A program made the position numbers and the translations under genes. The notes beneath the pieces were generated by a model, which worked only from the letters and a program-made list of their open reading frames with translations, searched no databases and was not told the origin of the DNA. Shown here piece after piece: positions 20,219-29,412 of a stretch of 64,000 nt of DNA. The DNA comes from Candidatus Omnitrophota bacterium (GTDB lineage Bacteria; Omnitrophota; Gorgyraeia; 2-01-FULL-45-10): NCBI GenBank assembly GCA_041650935.1, contig JBAZKH010000001.1:73243-137242 (forward strand), read 5' to 3'. Position 1 is the first letter of the stretch. The number at the start of each line of letters is the position of its first letter.

Positions 20219-21679
20219 ATGGCACGAGTATGTCTTGTCCGGCCGCCGTTTTTTAAACTGTACGGAATAGAGAAGGTCCATTTTCCCCTTAGCATAGGTT
20301 ATCTTGCTTCTTATCTCGAGCGGGGCGGGCACGAAGTTAGTTTCGTGGACGGAGAGGTATTCGATTATGGCTTATATGAAGGTATCCTGTATAAGGGCAT
20401 CATTAACGCGGCGCTCTTTTACGCGGACCCGTATTTTATAGAGCGAAAATTCAACGTTGTCGGGAAGGTCATGGAAGATCCGAGGCATAGGGTGTGGGAT
20501 ACATTGATCGGGCGGATCGCGGCCGCCAGGCCTGATGTCGTAGGCATAAGTTGTTATACCATAAACATGACGGCGGTTAATATTATTTCCGAAAGGATAA
20601 AGTCGGAGATAGGCGATATCCCGGTTGTCCTCGGAGGCATACACCCGACCGCGCTTCCCGCCGAAACATTGGAACAGGTCCGCGCTGCCGATTTTGCCGT
20701 TATGGGCGAAGGTGAAGTCACCCTGCTCGACCTGGTCAATGATATCGGGGACGGTAAGAGGACGGGTTTACATATCGCGGGAGTCGTCGAGAGAGGCAGC
20801 GCCGATTTTAAACCGAGGGAATTGATAACGGACCTAGACTCTATTCCTTTTCCGAAGCGCGACTTCTATGACAAGTCAAATTATATATTCGGCGCGCCCC
20901 TTCTGACGTCGCGGGGATGCCCTTTTTCATGTACTTTTTGCGCTTCTCACCTGATGTGGGGGCGCAAAGTGCGCAACAGGAGCGTCCGGAACGTGATAGA
21001 GGAGCTTAAAGTCCTGGCAGGGAAATTCGATGCCGGGCGGATACGCATACTCGATGACACCTTCGTACTGAATAAGCCCTGGATCATGGAATTTTGCGCG
21101 GAACTTAAGGCGAGCGGTCTCAAGCTGAGCTTTAATTGCAGCGGCAGGATAAATACGGTGGACGAGGACCTCTTCAGGGTCCTTAGCGACAGCGGCTTCG
21201 ATTCCATTGCCTTTGGCATCGAGAGCGGCAGCGACAGGATAGTTAAGTCTATAAATAAGAATATAGACCTGTCCCGCGTTGTAGATGTTATCAAGACGGC
21301 AAACAGGTACGGGTTCGACACGACCTCGTTCTACATGACCGGCCACCCCGGCGAGACCGCTGAGGATATCAGGAAATCGGCCGATTTGTTTATACGGTCG
21401 ATGTCTAAACGCGGCGAGCTGAGCATGCTTGTCCCGTATCCGAAGACGGATGCAGGCGAGCGGGCGGTTAAACAGGGTTTCGAATTCAGGGTCGGCGATG
21501 CCTATAAGATGCAGCACGCAAGGAATAGAGTGCTCTTCAATATGACACAGATGCCTGATGCGGCCTTCCTGGCTGAGCATAAGAGGTTCGAAAGGATCAT
21601 TATGCGCCGAAATTATATGACTTTATTCAAAAAGATGGCCAAAATGGCCGTACGTTTCATCACGGGCAGGTTAAAATAA
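20219..21679 (+). CDS. B12-binding domain radical SAM enzyme (class B), paralog 2
   Basis: RBS GGAGAG then ATG gives MARVCLVRPP. B12-binding N-domain; TSRGCPFSCTFCAS; ~486 aa. Confidence 0.8.
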   Translation: MARVCLVRPPFFKLYGIEKVHFPLSIGYLASYLERGGHEVSFVDGEVFDYGLYEGILYKGIINAALFYADPYFIERKFNVVGKVMEDPRHRVWDTLIGRIAAARPDVVGISCYTINMTAVNIISERIKSEIGDIPVVLGGIHPTALPAETLEQVRAADFAVMGEGEVTLLDLVNDIGDGKRTGLHIAGVVERGSADFKPRELITDLDSIPFPKRDFYDKSNYIFGAPLLTSRGCPFSCTFCASHLMWGRKVRNRSVRNVIEELKVLAGKFDAGRIRILDDTFVLNKPWIMEFCAELKASGLKLSFNCSGRINTVDEDLFRVLSDSGFDSIAFGIESGSDRIVKSINKNIDLSRVVDVIKTANRYGFDTTSFYMTGHPGETAEDIRKSADLFIRSMSKRGELSMLVPYPKTDAGERAVKQGFEFRVGDAYKMQHARNRVLFNMTQMPDAAFLAEHKRFERIIMRRNYMTLFKKMAKMAVRFITGRLK

Positions 21680-21739
21680 CGTACGCGTGTCAAACTCGCC
21701 CCGTTCTCCAATCCTGCAAATAAGGTCTGCAATATTGGG

Positions 21740-21768
21740 TTGTCATGCGCGGCTGTTTACTGTATAAT
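21740..21768 (+). promoter_or_regulatory. Sigma-70-like promoter (TTGTCA-17-TATAAT)
   Basis: TTGTCA at 21740-21745, a 17-nt spacer, and TATAAT at 21763-21768, 46 nt upstream of ATG 21815, in the only sizeable intergenic gap of the upstream half. Confidence 0.5.
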
Positions 21769-21814
21769 ATTATGCTAAATTAAACAAATATCTTATTAAT
21801 AGGGATATCGGTTA

Positions 21815-23680
21815 ATGATCAAGAACGAGAATATAGTCTGCATATCGTCGATAGATTGGGACTTCATCTGGCAGGGGCACCAGGAGATAATGGATGCCTT
21901 TGCCAAGAACGGCAACAGGGTCCTTTTTATCGAAAATACAGGCGTCAGGTCGCCGGGTATCAAGGATATCCCGCGCTTACGGAAGAGGCTGGTAAGCTGG
22001 ATAAAGAGCGCCAAGGGTTTCAGGGAAGAACGGGAGAACCTTTTTGTATATTCCCCGCTTGTTCTGCCGTTTCCGTATTCCCGGCTGGCCCGGTTCATTA
22101 ATAAATATACACTCCTCAGATCCCTTAAGAGATGGCTTAAGGTCATGGGCTTTCGTGATCCCATTATCTGGACGTTCCTGCCTACGGGTACGGCCGTCGA
22201 TATAGCAGGTAATATAGACGGTAAATTGCTTATCTATTATTGCATAGCGGATTTCTATAAACTGGTCGACAATTCAGCGAAAGTCAAGAGGACGGAAGAC
22301 GAGTTGATAAAGAGATGCGATCTGGTATTTGCCCAGGGGGATCTGCTGAAAGAGAGATGCCGGCGCCTGAATAAGAATGTCCATAAATTCCCATTCGGGG
22401 TAAATATCGAGGCATTTGAAAGTTATGACCGGCTAAACGGTAAGCTGCCGAAAGAGCTGGAGGGGATAAGAGGACCCGTTGTCGGATATGTGGGAGGTCT
22501 CCACAGGCATGTAGACTTCGAGCTCATAAGGTTCATTTCAGATAAGCATCCTGATTGGTCTATTGTGATGATCGGGCCTGTGCAGGCGGATATATCCGAG
22601 ATCGATAAACGGAAGAATATCCTGCTTTTAGGCAAGAAAGATTTTAATGATCTGCCGGCATATATAAACAGGTTCGACGCCTGCATGATACCGTATATCA
22701 TCAATGACTATACCATGACGGTCTTCCCTACCAAGCTGAACGAATATCATGCCATGGGCAAGCCGGTCGTTTCTACGAGCTTGCCGGAGGTTATCGACTT
22801 TAACAAGAAGAATAACGCTCTCATAGCGGTAGCGGCGGCTAGGGAGGATTTTGACAGCAAGCTGGCGGCGGCGGTTGCCGACAAGAGCGGCGGACTTGCC
22901 GATATGCGGATAAAATCTGCTAAGAATAATAGCTGGACGGAACGTATCGAGGAGATGAGCCGTCTTATCCAATCGACTATGGAGAGGAAGGCGGTCAGTC
23001 CTCCGCACTGGCGGGAAAGTTTCCTGCAGTTATATAAGACCGCCAGGGTACGCATGATAAAGATCCTGGCTGCGGCTATAACCGTTTATGGTCTCATATT
23101 TTATACTCCTATTATCTGGTATGCCGCAAAACCGCTTTTGATTTCCCAGACACCGGTTAAAGCGGATTGCATAGTAGTTTACGGCGGCGGCGTGGGGGAA
23201 TCAGGGAAGGCCGGACAGGGGTATGAAGAGAGGGTACAGCGGGCTGTCGAGTTATACAAAAGCGAATACGCCGGCAAGATGATCTTTTTGTCGGGTTACG
23301 CGTATCTCTTCAAAGAGCCGCTCGTCATGAAGGCGCTGGCTATATCGCTAGGCGTGCCGGAAAAAGATATAATATTGGAAGATATGGCGAAGAATACGTT
23401 CGAGAACGTGGAATTCACCAGGCGTATAGTGCAAAAGCACGGATGGCGGCATATTCTTCTGGTAAGTTCGCCTTACCATATGGGCAGGGTCTCTTTAGTC
23501 TTCCGCAAGATCGCAGGAGATATCGATGTTACGTATACACCGATTGTGAACGGCCATTTTTATGCTCGCACACCCGGCAACCTGGGCTCGAGGTGGAAGA
23601 GGATAAATATAGAACAGATCCGCGGAATACTTCATGAATATATCGGGATTCTCTATTATTGGTTTAAGGGGTATATATAA
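21815..23680 (+). CDS. GT4 glycosyltransferase fused to C-terminal DUF218 (YdcF/ElyC/SanA-like) domain
   Basis: N-terminal ~400 aa is GT-B with KLNEYHAMGKPVVST. C-terminal ~200 aa carries DCIVVYGGGVG...LSGY...LLVSSPYHMGRV, a DUF218 signature. Confidence 0.65.
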   Translation: MIKNENIVCISSIDWDFIWQGHQEIMDAFAKNGNRVLFIENTGVRSPGIKDIPRLRKRLVSWIKSAKGFREERENLFVYSPLVLPFPYSRLARFINKYTLLRSLKRWLKVMGFRDPIIWTFLPTGTAVDIAGNIDGKLLIYYCIADFYKLVDNSAKVKRTEDELIKRCDLVFAQGDLLKERCRRLNKNVHKFPFGVNIEAFESYDRLNGKLPKELEGIRGPVVGYVGGLHRHVDFELIRFISDKHPDWSIVMIGPVQADISEIDKRKNILLLGKKDFNDLPAYINRFDACMIPYIINDYTMTVFPTKLNEYHAMGKPVVSTSLPEVIDFNKKNNALIAVAAAREDFDSKLAAAVADKSGGLADMRIKSAKNNSWTERIEEMSRLIQSTMERKAVSPPHWRESFLQLYKTARVRMIKILAAAITVYGLIFYTPIIWYAAKPLLISQTPVKADCIVVYGGGVGESGKAGQGYEERVQRAVELYKSEYAGKMIFLSGYAYLFKEPLVMKALAISLGVPEKDIILEDMAKNTFENVEFTRRIVQKHGWRHILLVSSPYHMGRVSLVFRKIAGDIDVTYTPIVNGHFYARTPGNLGSRWKRINIEQIRGILHEYIGILYYWFKGYI

Positions 23681-23687
23681 GTCAGGC

Positions 23688-23846
23688 TAAGGTAGTCCCT
23701 CGGTGCAGGACTTAGATTGTTGCACCTCGGGACGATTTGTCTAAAGTTAGATACAAATTAAGGTAGCCCCTCGCTGCCGGAGTTAGACAGTAGCAGCTCG
23801 GGACGATTTGTCAGAGTTAGATAATAACAAATCGGAGGTATGTATA
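23688..23846 (+). promoter_or_regulatory. Structured 5' leader: 2 tandem units of conserved RNA module A (bipartite hairpin) each followed by module B hairpin; terminal B hairpin abuts the SD
   Basis: Unit 1 is GTCCC-tc-GGTGCA-[ggacttagattgt]-TGCACC-tc-GGGAC. Unit 2 is GCCCC-tc-GCTGC-[cggagttagacagta]-GCAGC-tc-GGGAC, with compensatory inner-stem changes. Then GATTTGT-[cagagttagataata]-ACAAATC, then GGAGG, then GTG 23847. Confidence 0.6.
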
Positions 23847-24371
23847 GTGGCGAAGATAATCGATGAGAAGGGCAGGCTTTTCGGTATTATTAATGTAATA
23901 GACCTCGCCGTTATCCTGGTGATACTCTCTTTTGTGCCGATAATATTCATAGGGTATAAGGTTATGAACAAACCGGAAGAGATAACCGGCGCAAAGCAGG
24001 TAGTGATACGTACGGAAATGGTCTCTGCCCGGATAAAATTTTGGGATATAGAGCCCGAATTCAGCGGTATCATAACAAAGGGTGATGTCGAGCGAGATGC
24101 TGCCGGAAAGAAGATAAGCGAAGTTGTAGACATAGTGAGCGTCAACCCTTCCAAAACATGGGTGGTGGTCGAAAATAAGGCGTTAGCGATGATAGAGCAC
24201 CCTGCGAAGAAAGATGTCGTCATCGATGCCAGGATCCTGTGCACGAAGACGGACGGCATCTTATATCATAAGTCCGCGCTTGTAAAGATAGGCAGCCCGA
24301 TAATATTCACTACGGACCTGTATAATTTCCCGGGTCGGATCGTGGGATTGAAGACCGATGATAAAAACTAA
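23847..24371 (+). CDS. Small membrane-anchored protein of unknown function, first gene after the structured leader
   Basis: GTG start 8 nt after GGAGG. One N-terminal TM segment (LAVILVILSFVPIIFIGY) then a ~130-aa soluble domain. No family recognised. Confidence 0.5.
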   Translation: MAKIIDEKGRLFGIINVIDLAVILVILSFVPIIFIGYKVMNKPEEITGAKQVVIRTEMVSARIKFWDIEPEFSGIITKGDVERDAAGKKISEVVDIVSVNPSKTWVVVENKALAMIEHPAKKDVVIDARILCTKTDGILYHKSALVKIGSPIIFTTDLYNFPGRIVGLKTDDKN

Positions 24372-24951
24372 CTTTAGGATTTACGTCCGCGGCAACCTAT
24401 TGCGAAATAGCATAAGCGCCGGGATCGCAAAAGAGGTTCTTGAAAAGAACCGTTCTTTCGAGATGAATGCGTCGGAGGTATACAGAAACAGCGTCTTATG
24501 CGGCGCTATGCGGATGTCCTGGAAAGCATTTAAAGAGTATTCCAGGCAGAGCTTTTTGGGCAGGCTTACGGAATGGAGAACGGACGGTTTTTTGGATGTC
24601 GCGGATAGCAGGATAGCGGCATGGCCTACCCGCTTTCTCAGAGAAAGCGGGGGAAGGACGGCGGAGTATTTTGAGCATAGTAAAGTAAGTTCACTCACCC
24701 GCCGCGCGAAGAGGAGCCTTTGCGCGGATCCGTTAAAGACGGTCTGCGCGGTAGGCGTGGCGGCTATCCTGACCAATGCGGTGATCTCTCCGGCCATAAA
24801 GAGCGAGATAGACTTACCCGGCTGGATAACGAGGGCGATATTTGTGCTCTTCGGCATGACTGTTATATCGAGCGGTGTTAGCTGGGATGCCGCGAAGAGG
24901 ACCAGCCTCTTTGCCAGATTTTTTACCCGATACGAAAAGACGCCGGTTTGA
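24358..24951 (+). CDS. Hypothetical protein (C-terminal TM segment)
   Basis: ATG overlaps the previous stop by 14 nt. No recognisable motifs. Confidence 0.4.
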   Translation: MIKTNFRIYVRGNLLRNSISAGIAKEVLEKNRSFEMNASEVYRNSVLCGAMRMSWKAFKEYSRQSFLGRLTEWRTDGFLDVADSRIAAWPTRFLRESGGRTAEYFEHSKVSSLTRRAKRSLCADPLKTVCAVGVAAILTNAVISPAIKSEIDLPGWITRAIFVLFGMTVISSGVSWDAAKRTSLFARFFTRYEKTPV

Positions 24952-24954
24952 TCT

Positions 24955-26169
24955 ATGGCAATGGTCCGGAAAGATGGAAATAAGATTAGGATAGTCAGGG
25001 TGATAACCAGGCTGAATATAGGCGGCCCGGCTATCCATACGATATTGCTTACAGAGGGCATAAATAAAGAGATTTTCGAGACGCATCTTGTGGCCGGTAT
25101 GCCTGATGCGTCCGAGGGTGATCTTTCAGGGTTGGCGCGGCGGCAGAATATCAGCGTCGATTTTATACCCGAACTCGGCAGGGAGATAAGTTTTAAAGAT
25201 ATTACGGCTTTCGTGAAACTGCTGAAGATATTGTTGAAAGTACGGCCGGATATAATCCATACGCATACGGCCAAAGCGGGAACGCTTGGAAGGCTCGCCG
25301 CTATCCTGGCGGGCGTTCCGGTCAGGATACATACTTTCCACGGGCATATCTTCGACGGTTATTTCAGCCCGGTAAAGACAAAGTTCTTTCTTGCGATCGA
25401 GAAGTTCCTGGGGGTTTTTACCGACAGGGTTGTAGTGGTCAGCGAAAAGGTCAGGAGCGAGATAGTCGATAAATTGAAGGTGGTGCCCGGCAAAAAGTGC
25501 ATAGTCCTGAAATTAGGATTCGATCTCAAAGATTTTTTGGATAATGACCGTTTCAAGGGCGCCCTTAAAAAAAAGCTGGGCATAGCGCCGGATGTCATGC
25601 TTATCGGTATTGTAGGCAGGCTCGTTCCGATAAAGAACCATACGATGTTTTTGGCTGTGGCGGGTAAGGTAATAGCGGGCATGCCGGATGAGCGGGTGAA
25701 GTTTCTCATAATAGGCGACGGGGAGTTGCGGCAGTCTCTGGCGGCGGCGGCCGCGCGGATGGGGCTTGCGGATAAGGTAATATTTACAGGCTGGATCAGA
25801 GATACCGCCAAAATATACGCGGATCTTGATATAGTGGTTCTCACATCCCTTAATGAAGGGACGCCGGTTTCGCTTATAGAGGCGATGGCGTCGGCAAAGC
25901 CGGTCGTTGCGACAGATGTAGGCGGTGTGGCGGATATAGTTAAGGATGGCGGGAACGGGTTATTGTTCGGCGCGGACGATATCGAAGGTTTTGCCCGGGG
26001 AGTATCGATTCTTATAAAAGACCGGCAAAAGAGATCGGAATTAGGCGCTGCCGGCAGGGAATTCGTAAGGAATACTTTCCATAAAGACCGGTTGATCAAA
26101 GAGATGGAGGATCTATATATGGATTGTTTAAGACGGAAGAATAAAATTAAATATGCCGGAGGGCGGTAA
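24955..26169 (+). CDS. Family 4 glycosyltransferase
   Basis: IVRVITRLNIGGPAIH N-terminus; VLTSLNEGTPVSLIEAMASAKPVVATDVGG...NGLLF. Confidence 0.8.
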   Translation: MAMVRKDGNKIRIVRVITRLNIGGPAIHTILLTEGINKEIFETHLVAGMPDASEGDLSGLARRQNISVDFIPELGREISFKDITAFVKLLKILLKVRPDIIHTHTAKAGTLGRLAAILAGVPVRIHTFHGHIFDGYFSPVKTKFFLAIEKFLGVFTDRVVVVSEKVRSEIVDKLKVVPGKKCIVLKLGFDLKDFLDNDRFKGALKKKLGIAPDVMLIGIVGRLVPIKNHTMFLAVAGKVIAGMPDERVKFLIIGDGELRQSLAAAAARMGLADKVIFTGWIRDTAKIYADLDIVVLTSLNEGTPVSLIEAMASAKPVVATDVGGVADIVKDGGNGLLFGADDIEGFARGVSILIKDRQKRSELGAAGREFVRNTFHKDRLIKEMEDLYMDCLRRKNKIKYAGGR

Positions 26170-26175
26170 CTAAAG

Positions 26176-27162
26176 ATGAAAAATCTTATAACGGGCGGCG
26201 CGGGTTTTATTGGATCGCATTTGGCGGAAAGGTTACTTGCCAGAGGCGAGGAGGTCGTGATAATAGATAACCTTTCGACCGGTTCCATGAAGAATATAGA
26301 GCATCTTAAGAGCGACCCGAACTTTTCTTATCATATCGATACTATAATGAATAAGGGGTTGATGAAACGTCTCATTAAAGGGAGCGATGCCGTTTACCAT
26401 CTGGCCGCGGCCGTCGGCGTTAAGTATATAATCGATAACACCCTGGACTCTATCAACACTAATGTTGAAGGTACCCAGGTAGTCTTGAGCCTTGCAAACA
26501 GGCTTGGCAATAAAAAAGTAATAGTGGCCTCGACGTCGGAGATATACGGCAAGGACAGGCCGGGGAAGAGGATATTCAAAGAGGATGACGACAGGGTCCT
26601 GGGCGCTACGACCATATCGAGGTGGAGTTACTCCTGCACGAAGGCGATCGACGAATTTCTTGCGCTCGCATATTGGAGAGAGAAAGGGCTGCCCGTTGTT
26701 ATAGTGAGATTCTTCAACACCTGCGGGCCCAGGCAGACGGGCAGGTATGGCATGGTTGTGCCGCGATTTATCTCTCAGGCGCTTTCGGGTAAGCCGATAA
26801 CGATATACGGCGACGGTAAACAGTCGAGATGCTTTACCGATGTCAGGGATACCGTTGCGGCGCTAGTCTTGTTGGCAAAGAATAAAAAAGCGGTGGGCAA
26901 GGTCTTCAATATAGGCAATCCGGATAATAAGGTGACCATAGGAGCATTGGCGAAAAAGATAAAGGTAATGACATGTTCCGGGTCCAGGATCGTAACGATC
27001 CCTTACGAGAAAGCGTTCAAGGAAGGCTTCGAGGATATGCGGCATAGAGAGCCGGACATAACCAGGCTGAAGTCGTTTACAGGTTTTAGGCCTAAGATTA
27101 AAATGGACGATATGCTCGAAGACATGATAGAGGATATCGGTAGAAGCAGGGATAGGATATGA
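26176..27162 (+). CDS. NAD-dependent sugar epimerase/dehydratase (UDP-GlcA decarboxylase / UDP-glucose 4-epimerase-like)
   Basis: LITGGAGFIGSHL; STSEIYG; YSCTKAIDE. Confidence 0.8.
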   Translation: MKNLITGGAGFIGSHLAERLLARGEEVVIIDNLSTGSMKNIEHLKSDPNFSYHIDTIMNKGLMKRLIKGSDAVYHLAAAVGVKYIIDNTLDSINTNVEGTQVVLSLANRLGNKKVIVASTSEIYGKDRPGKRIFKEDDDRVLGATTISRWSYSCTKAIDEFLALAYWREKGLPVVIVRFFNTCGPRQTGRYGMVVPRFISQALSGKPITIYGDGKQSRCFTDVRDTVAALVLLAKNKKAVGKVFNIGNPDNKVTIGALAKKIKVMTCSGSRIVTIPYEKAFKEGFEDMRHREPDITRLKSFTGFRPKIKMDDMLEDMIEDIGRSRDRI

Positions 27163-28193
27163 ACTATATCCAGATAATAGATGTCTTTTTTATTTCAGGT
27201 TTCGTAACATACTTATTGACGCCCTTTGTCAGGACGATGGCGGTAAAATTCAATTATCTGGACCACCCTCAGAATAATAAGGTGCACGCTCACCCCACGC
27301 CTCTCCTGGGAGGTATTGCCATATTCGCTGCTTTTATAATAGCCCTGTTGTCGAAAGAAGCGATCGTCTCTTTATCGCCGGTACGGGCGATGCTTATAGG
27401 CGCATTTATACTGGTTATCATAGGGCTTATCGACGACAAGATGGGGATGATGCCGAATTTCAAGCTTCTCGGCCAGTTTCTGGCGGCGATGGTCGTAATA
27501 AAGGCCGGGTTGAGGGTGGAGTTCATACAAAACTATTATCTCAGCGTTGTAGTTACCTATATATGGATAATCGGTATAACCAATGCCTTTAACCTGCTCG
27601 ACAACATGAACGGCCTATCTGCGGGGATAGCTTTTATAGCGTCCGTATTCTTCGGCAGTATATCGTACATGAACGGGCAGTATGAGGTTAGCGCCGTGGC
27701 TTTTGCGCTTGCGGGGAGCTCTCTTGGATTTCTCAGATACAATTTTCCAAAGGCCGGCATATTCATGGGCGATACCGGAAGTCTCGTATTAGGTTACGTG
27801 CTTGCCGCCATAGCGATAATGGGAAGCTGGAAGACATATATATTTACGACCTCTATCATGATACCGGTGCTGGTACTCGGTTACCCGATATTTGATACGA
27901 CGCTCGTTTCCGTAATGCGCATACTGGAAGGAAGATCGGTCTTCCAGGGCGGCAAGGATCATTCTTCGCACCGCCTGGCTCTTATGGGATTTAAGCGCTT
28001 CAGGACCGTTCTCGTTATTTATGCTATATGCATCTTTTTGGGGACGGTAGCGCTTGTTATAAGCAATGTGCATTGGCGTATAGGCCTTCCCATACTTGCC
28101 GCTACGGCTATTATAATGCTTGGCTTCGGTGTGCGTCTAGGCTTTGTCGACACAAAACGCTATGGAAGGAAAAAAGGCGCTTATGAAGATTGA
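27159..28193 (+). CDS. Polyprenyl-phosphate N-acetylhexosamine-1-phosphate transferase (WecA/MraY family)
   Basis: NAFNLLDNMNGLSAG and MGDTGSLVLGY motifs; ~10 TM helices. Confidence 0.85.
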   Translation: MNYIQIIDVFFISGFVTYLLTPFVRTMAVKFNYLDHPQNNKVHAHPTPLLGGIAIFAAFIIALLSKEAIVSLSPVRAMLIGAFILVIIGLIDDKMGMMPNFKLLGQFLAAMVVIKAGLRVEFIQNYYLSVVVTYIWIIGITNAFNLLDNMNGLSAGIAFIASVFFGSISYMNGQYEVSAVAFALAGSSLGFLRYNFPKAGIFMGDTGSLVLGYVLAAIAIMGSWKTYIFTTSIMIPVLVLGYPIFDTTLVSVMRILEGRSVFQGGKDHSSHRLALMGFKRFRTVLVIYAICIFLGTVALVISNVHWRIGLPILAATAIIMLGFGVRLGFVDTKRYGRKKGAYED

Positions 28194-29412
28194 CAAAGCG
28201 AAAACAGTTTTCTTCCTGGATAAGGCGGCGGCATGGTCGCTCTATGCAATTATCTTTACACTGCCATTCTCCAAGTCCATGGTAGAGATCTCCATAGTCA
28301 TTGGCATCCTGAGTGTAGTAGCGAAGAAGATCATTGTTAAAGAACGGTTTGTTGCGAATACTCACATAGAGATACTGCTTTATATATTTATCATGGCATC
28401 CCTTATCTCTATATTTAATACGCAGGCATCTCAGATGGGGCTTAGCATGAAGGCTTTATTCTCCAAGGTGCTTAAGTTCGCGGCGCTTTTCCTAATAGCT
28501 AAAGATGTCATAAATACGCGCGAAAAACTTAAGGATTTTCTGATAATCGCTTCGTTGTCATGCGTTATCATAGTGATAGACGCTTTTGTGCAGTATTACG
28601 TAACGCACATGGATTTTTTGCATAACTACCCGGCCTTCTTGTACAGGCCGGAGGTACAATCTGTGCGCGGTGTGCCGACGGCATCATTCCCTTTCCAAAA
28701 CGATTTTGCCGCCTGGATACTGGTATTCATCTTCCCGGCATTATGTTTAGCCATCTTTGGAAAAATCGGCCGGCGTGGGACCGTATTCGCAGTATCGGCC
28801 TTTATAGGATTGCTTTATCTCTTGATCCTGACAAAAGTCCGAGGCGCGTGGATAGCTTTTGTTATCTCTTTTATAATACTGTCGGTCGTAAAGTTGAAGA
28901 AGGCCGGATGGGCCCTACTAGTAGTTATCGTATTATTGGGTCTTGCCTATAACGGGCGGAATATCATGTCCAGGCCGAGCATAAACGACAGGTCGGTTAT
29001 GTGGAATAACGGCATGACAATCTTTATGCGTCACCCGGTAATAGGCAATGGATTGAATACTTTTTATGATAACTATATGAAGGTCCGTGAGGATAAGCAT
29101 AAAAATATCCGCGGCAGTTATGCCCATAATTGTTATCTACAAATGGCGGCGGATATAGGGTTGGCAGGGCTTGCCGCTTTCCTTCTGTTTGCGATCGCCG
29201 TCCTGGCGTCCGGTTTCCGGGCGCTCAAGGCCGCCGGGGATCCGCTATGTTATTCTTTGATCCTTGGGATAAGCCTGGGGCTTATAGCGTTTCTGGTGCA
29301 TAGCTCGGGAGATACAAACCTCTATTCGCTTCCTTTAGCGGCTCTCTTCTGGCTCTCCTCCGGTATATTATTGGCTGTGGTCAAAATTTCCGGACCAAGG
29401 AGCGGGGCTTAG
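28183..29412 (+). CDS. O-antigen ligase / Wzy-like polytopic membrane protein
   Basis: ATG 28183 (MKIDKAK) overlaps the upstream stop. ~12 TM segments with a large periplasmic loop near the C-terminus, typical of the Wzy_C / O-antigen ligase family. Confidence 0.55.
   Translation: MKIDKAKTVFFLDKAAAWSLYAIIFTLPFSKSMVEISIVIGILSVVAKKIIVKERFVANTHIEILLYIFIMASLISIFNTQASQMGLSMKALFSKVLKFAALFLIAKDVINTREKLKDFLIIASLSCVIIVIDAFVQYYVTHMDFLHNYPAFLYRPEVQSVRGVPTASFPFQNDFAAWILVFIFPALCLAIFGKIGRRGTVFAVSAFIGLLYLLILTKVRGAWIAFVISFIILSVVKLKKAGWALLVVIVLLGLAYNGRNIMSRPSINDRSVMWNNGMTIFMRHPVIGNGLNTFYDNYMKVREDKHKNIRGSYAHNCYLQMAADIGLAGLAAFLLFAIAVLASGFRALKAAGDPLCYSLILGISLGLIAFLVHSSGDTNLYSLPLAALFWLSSGILLAVVKISGPRSGA

Noticed and set aside
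24381-26288. Minus-strand ORFs 24381-25274 (297 aa) and 25359-26288 (309 aa)
   Set aside because: Antisense to well-supported GT4 and epimerase genes; Ser/Pro/Thr-rich shadow frames.
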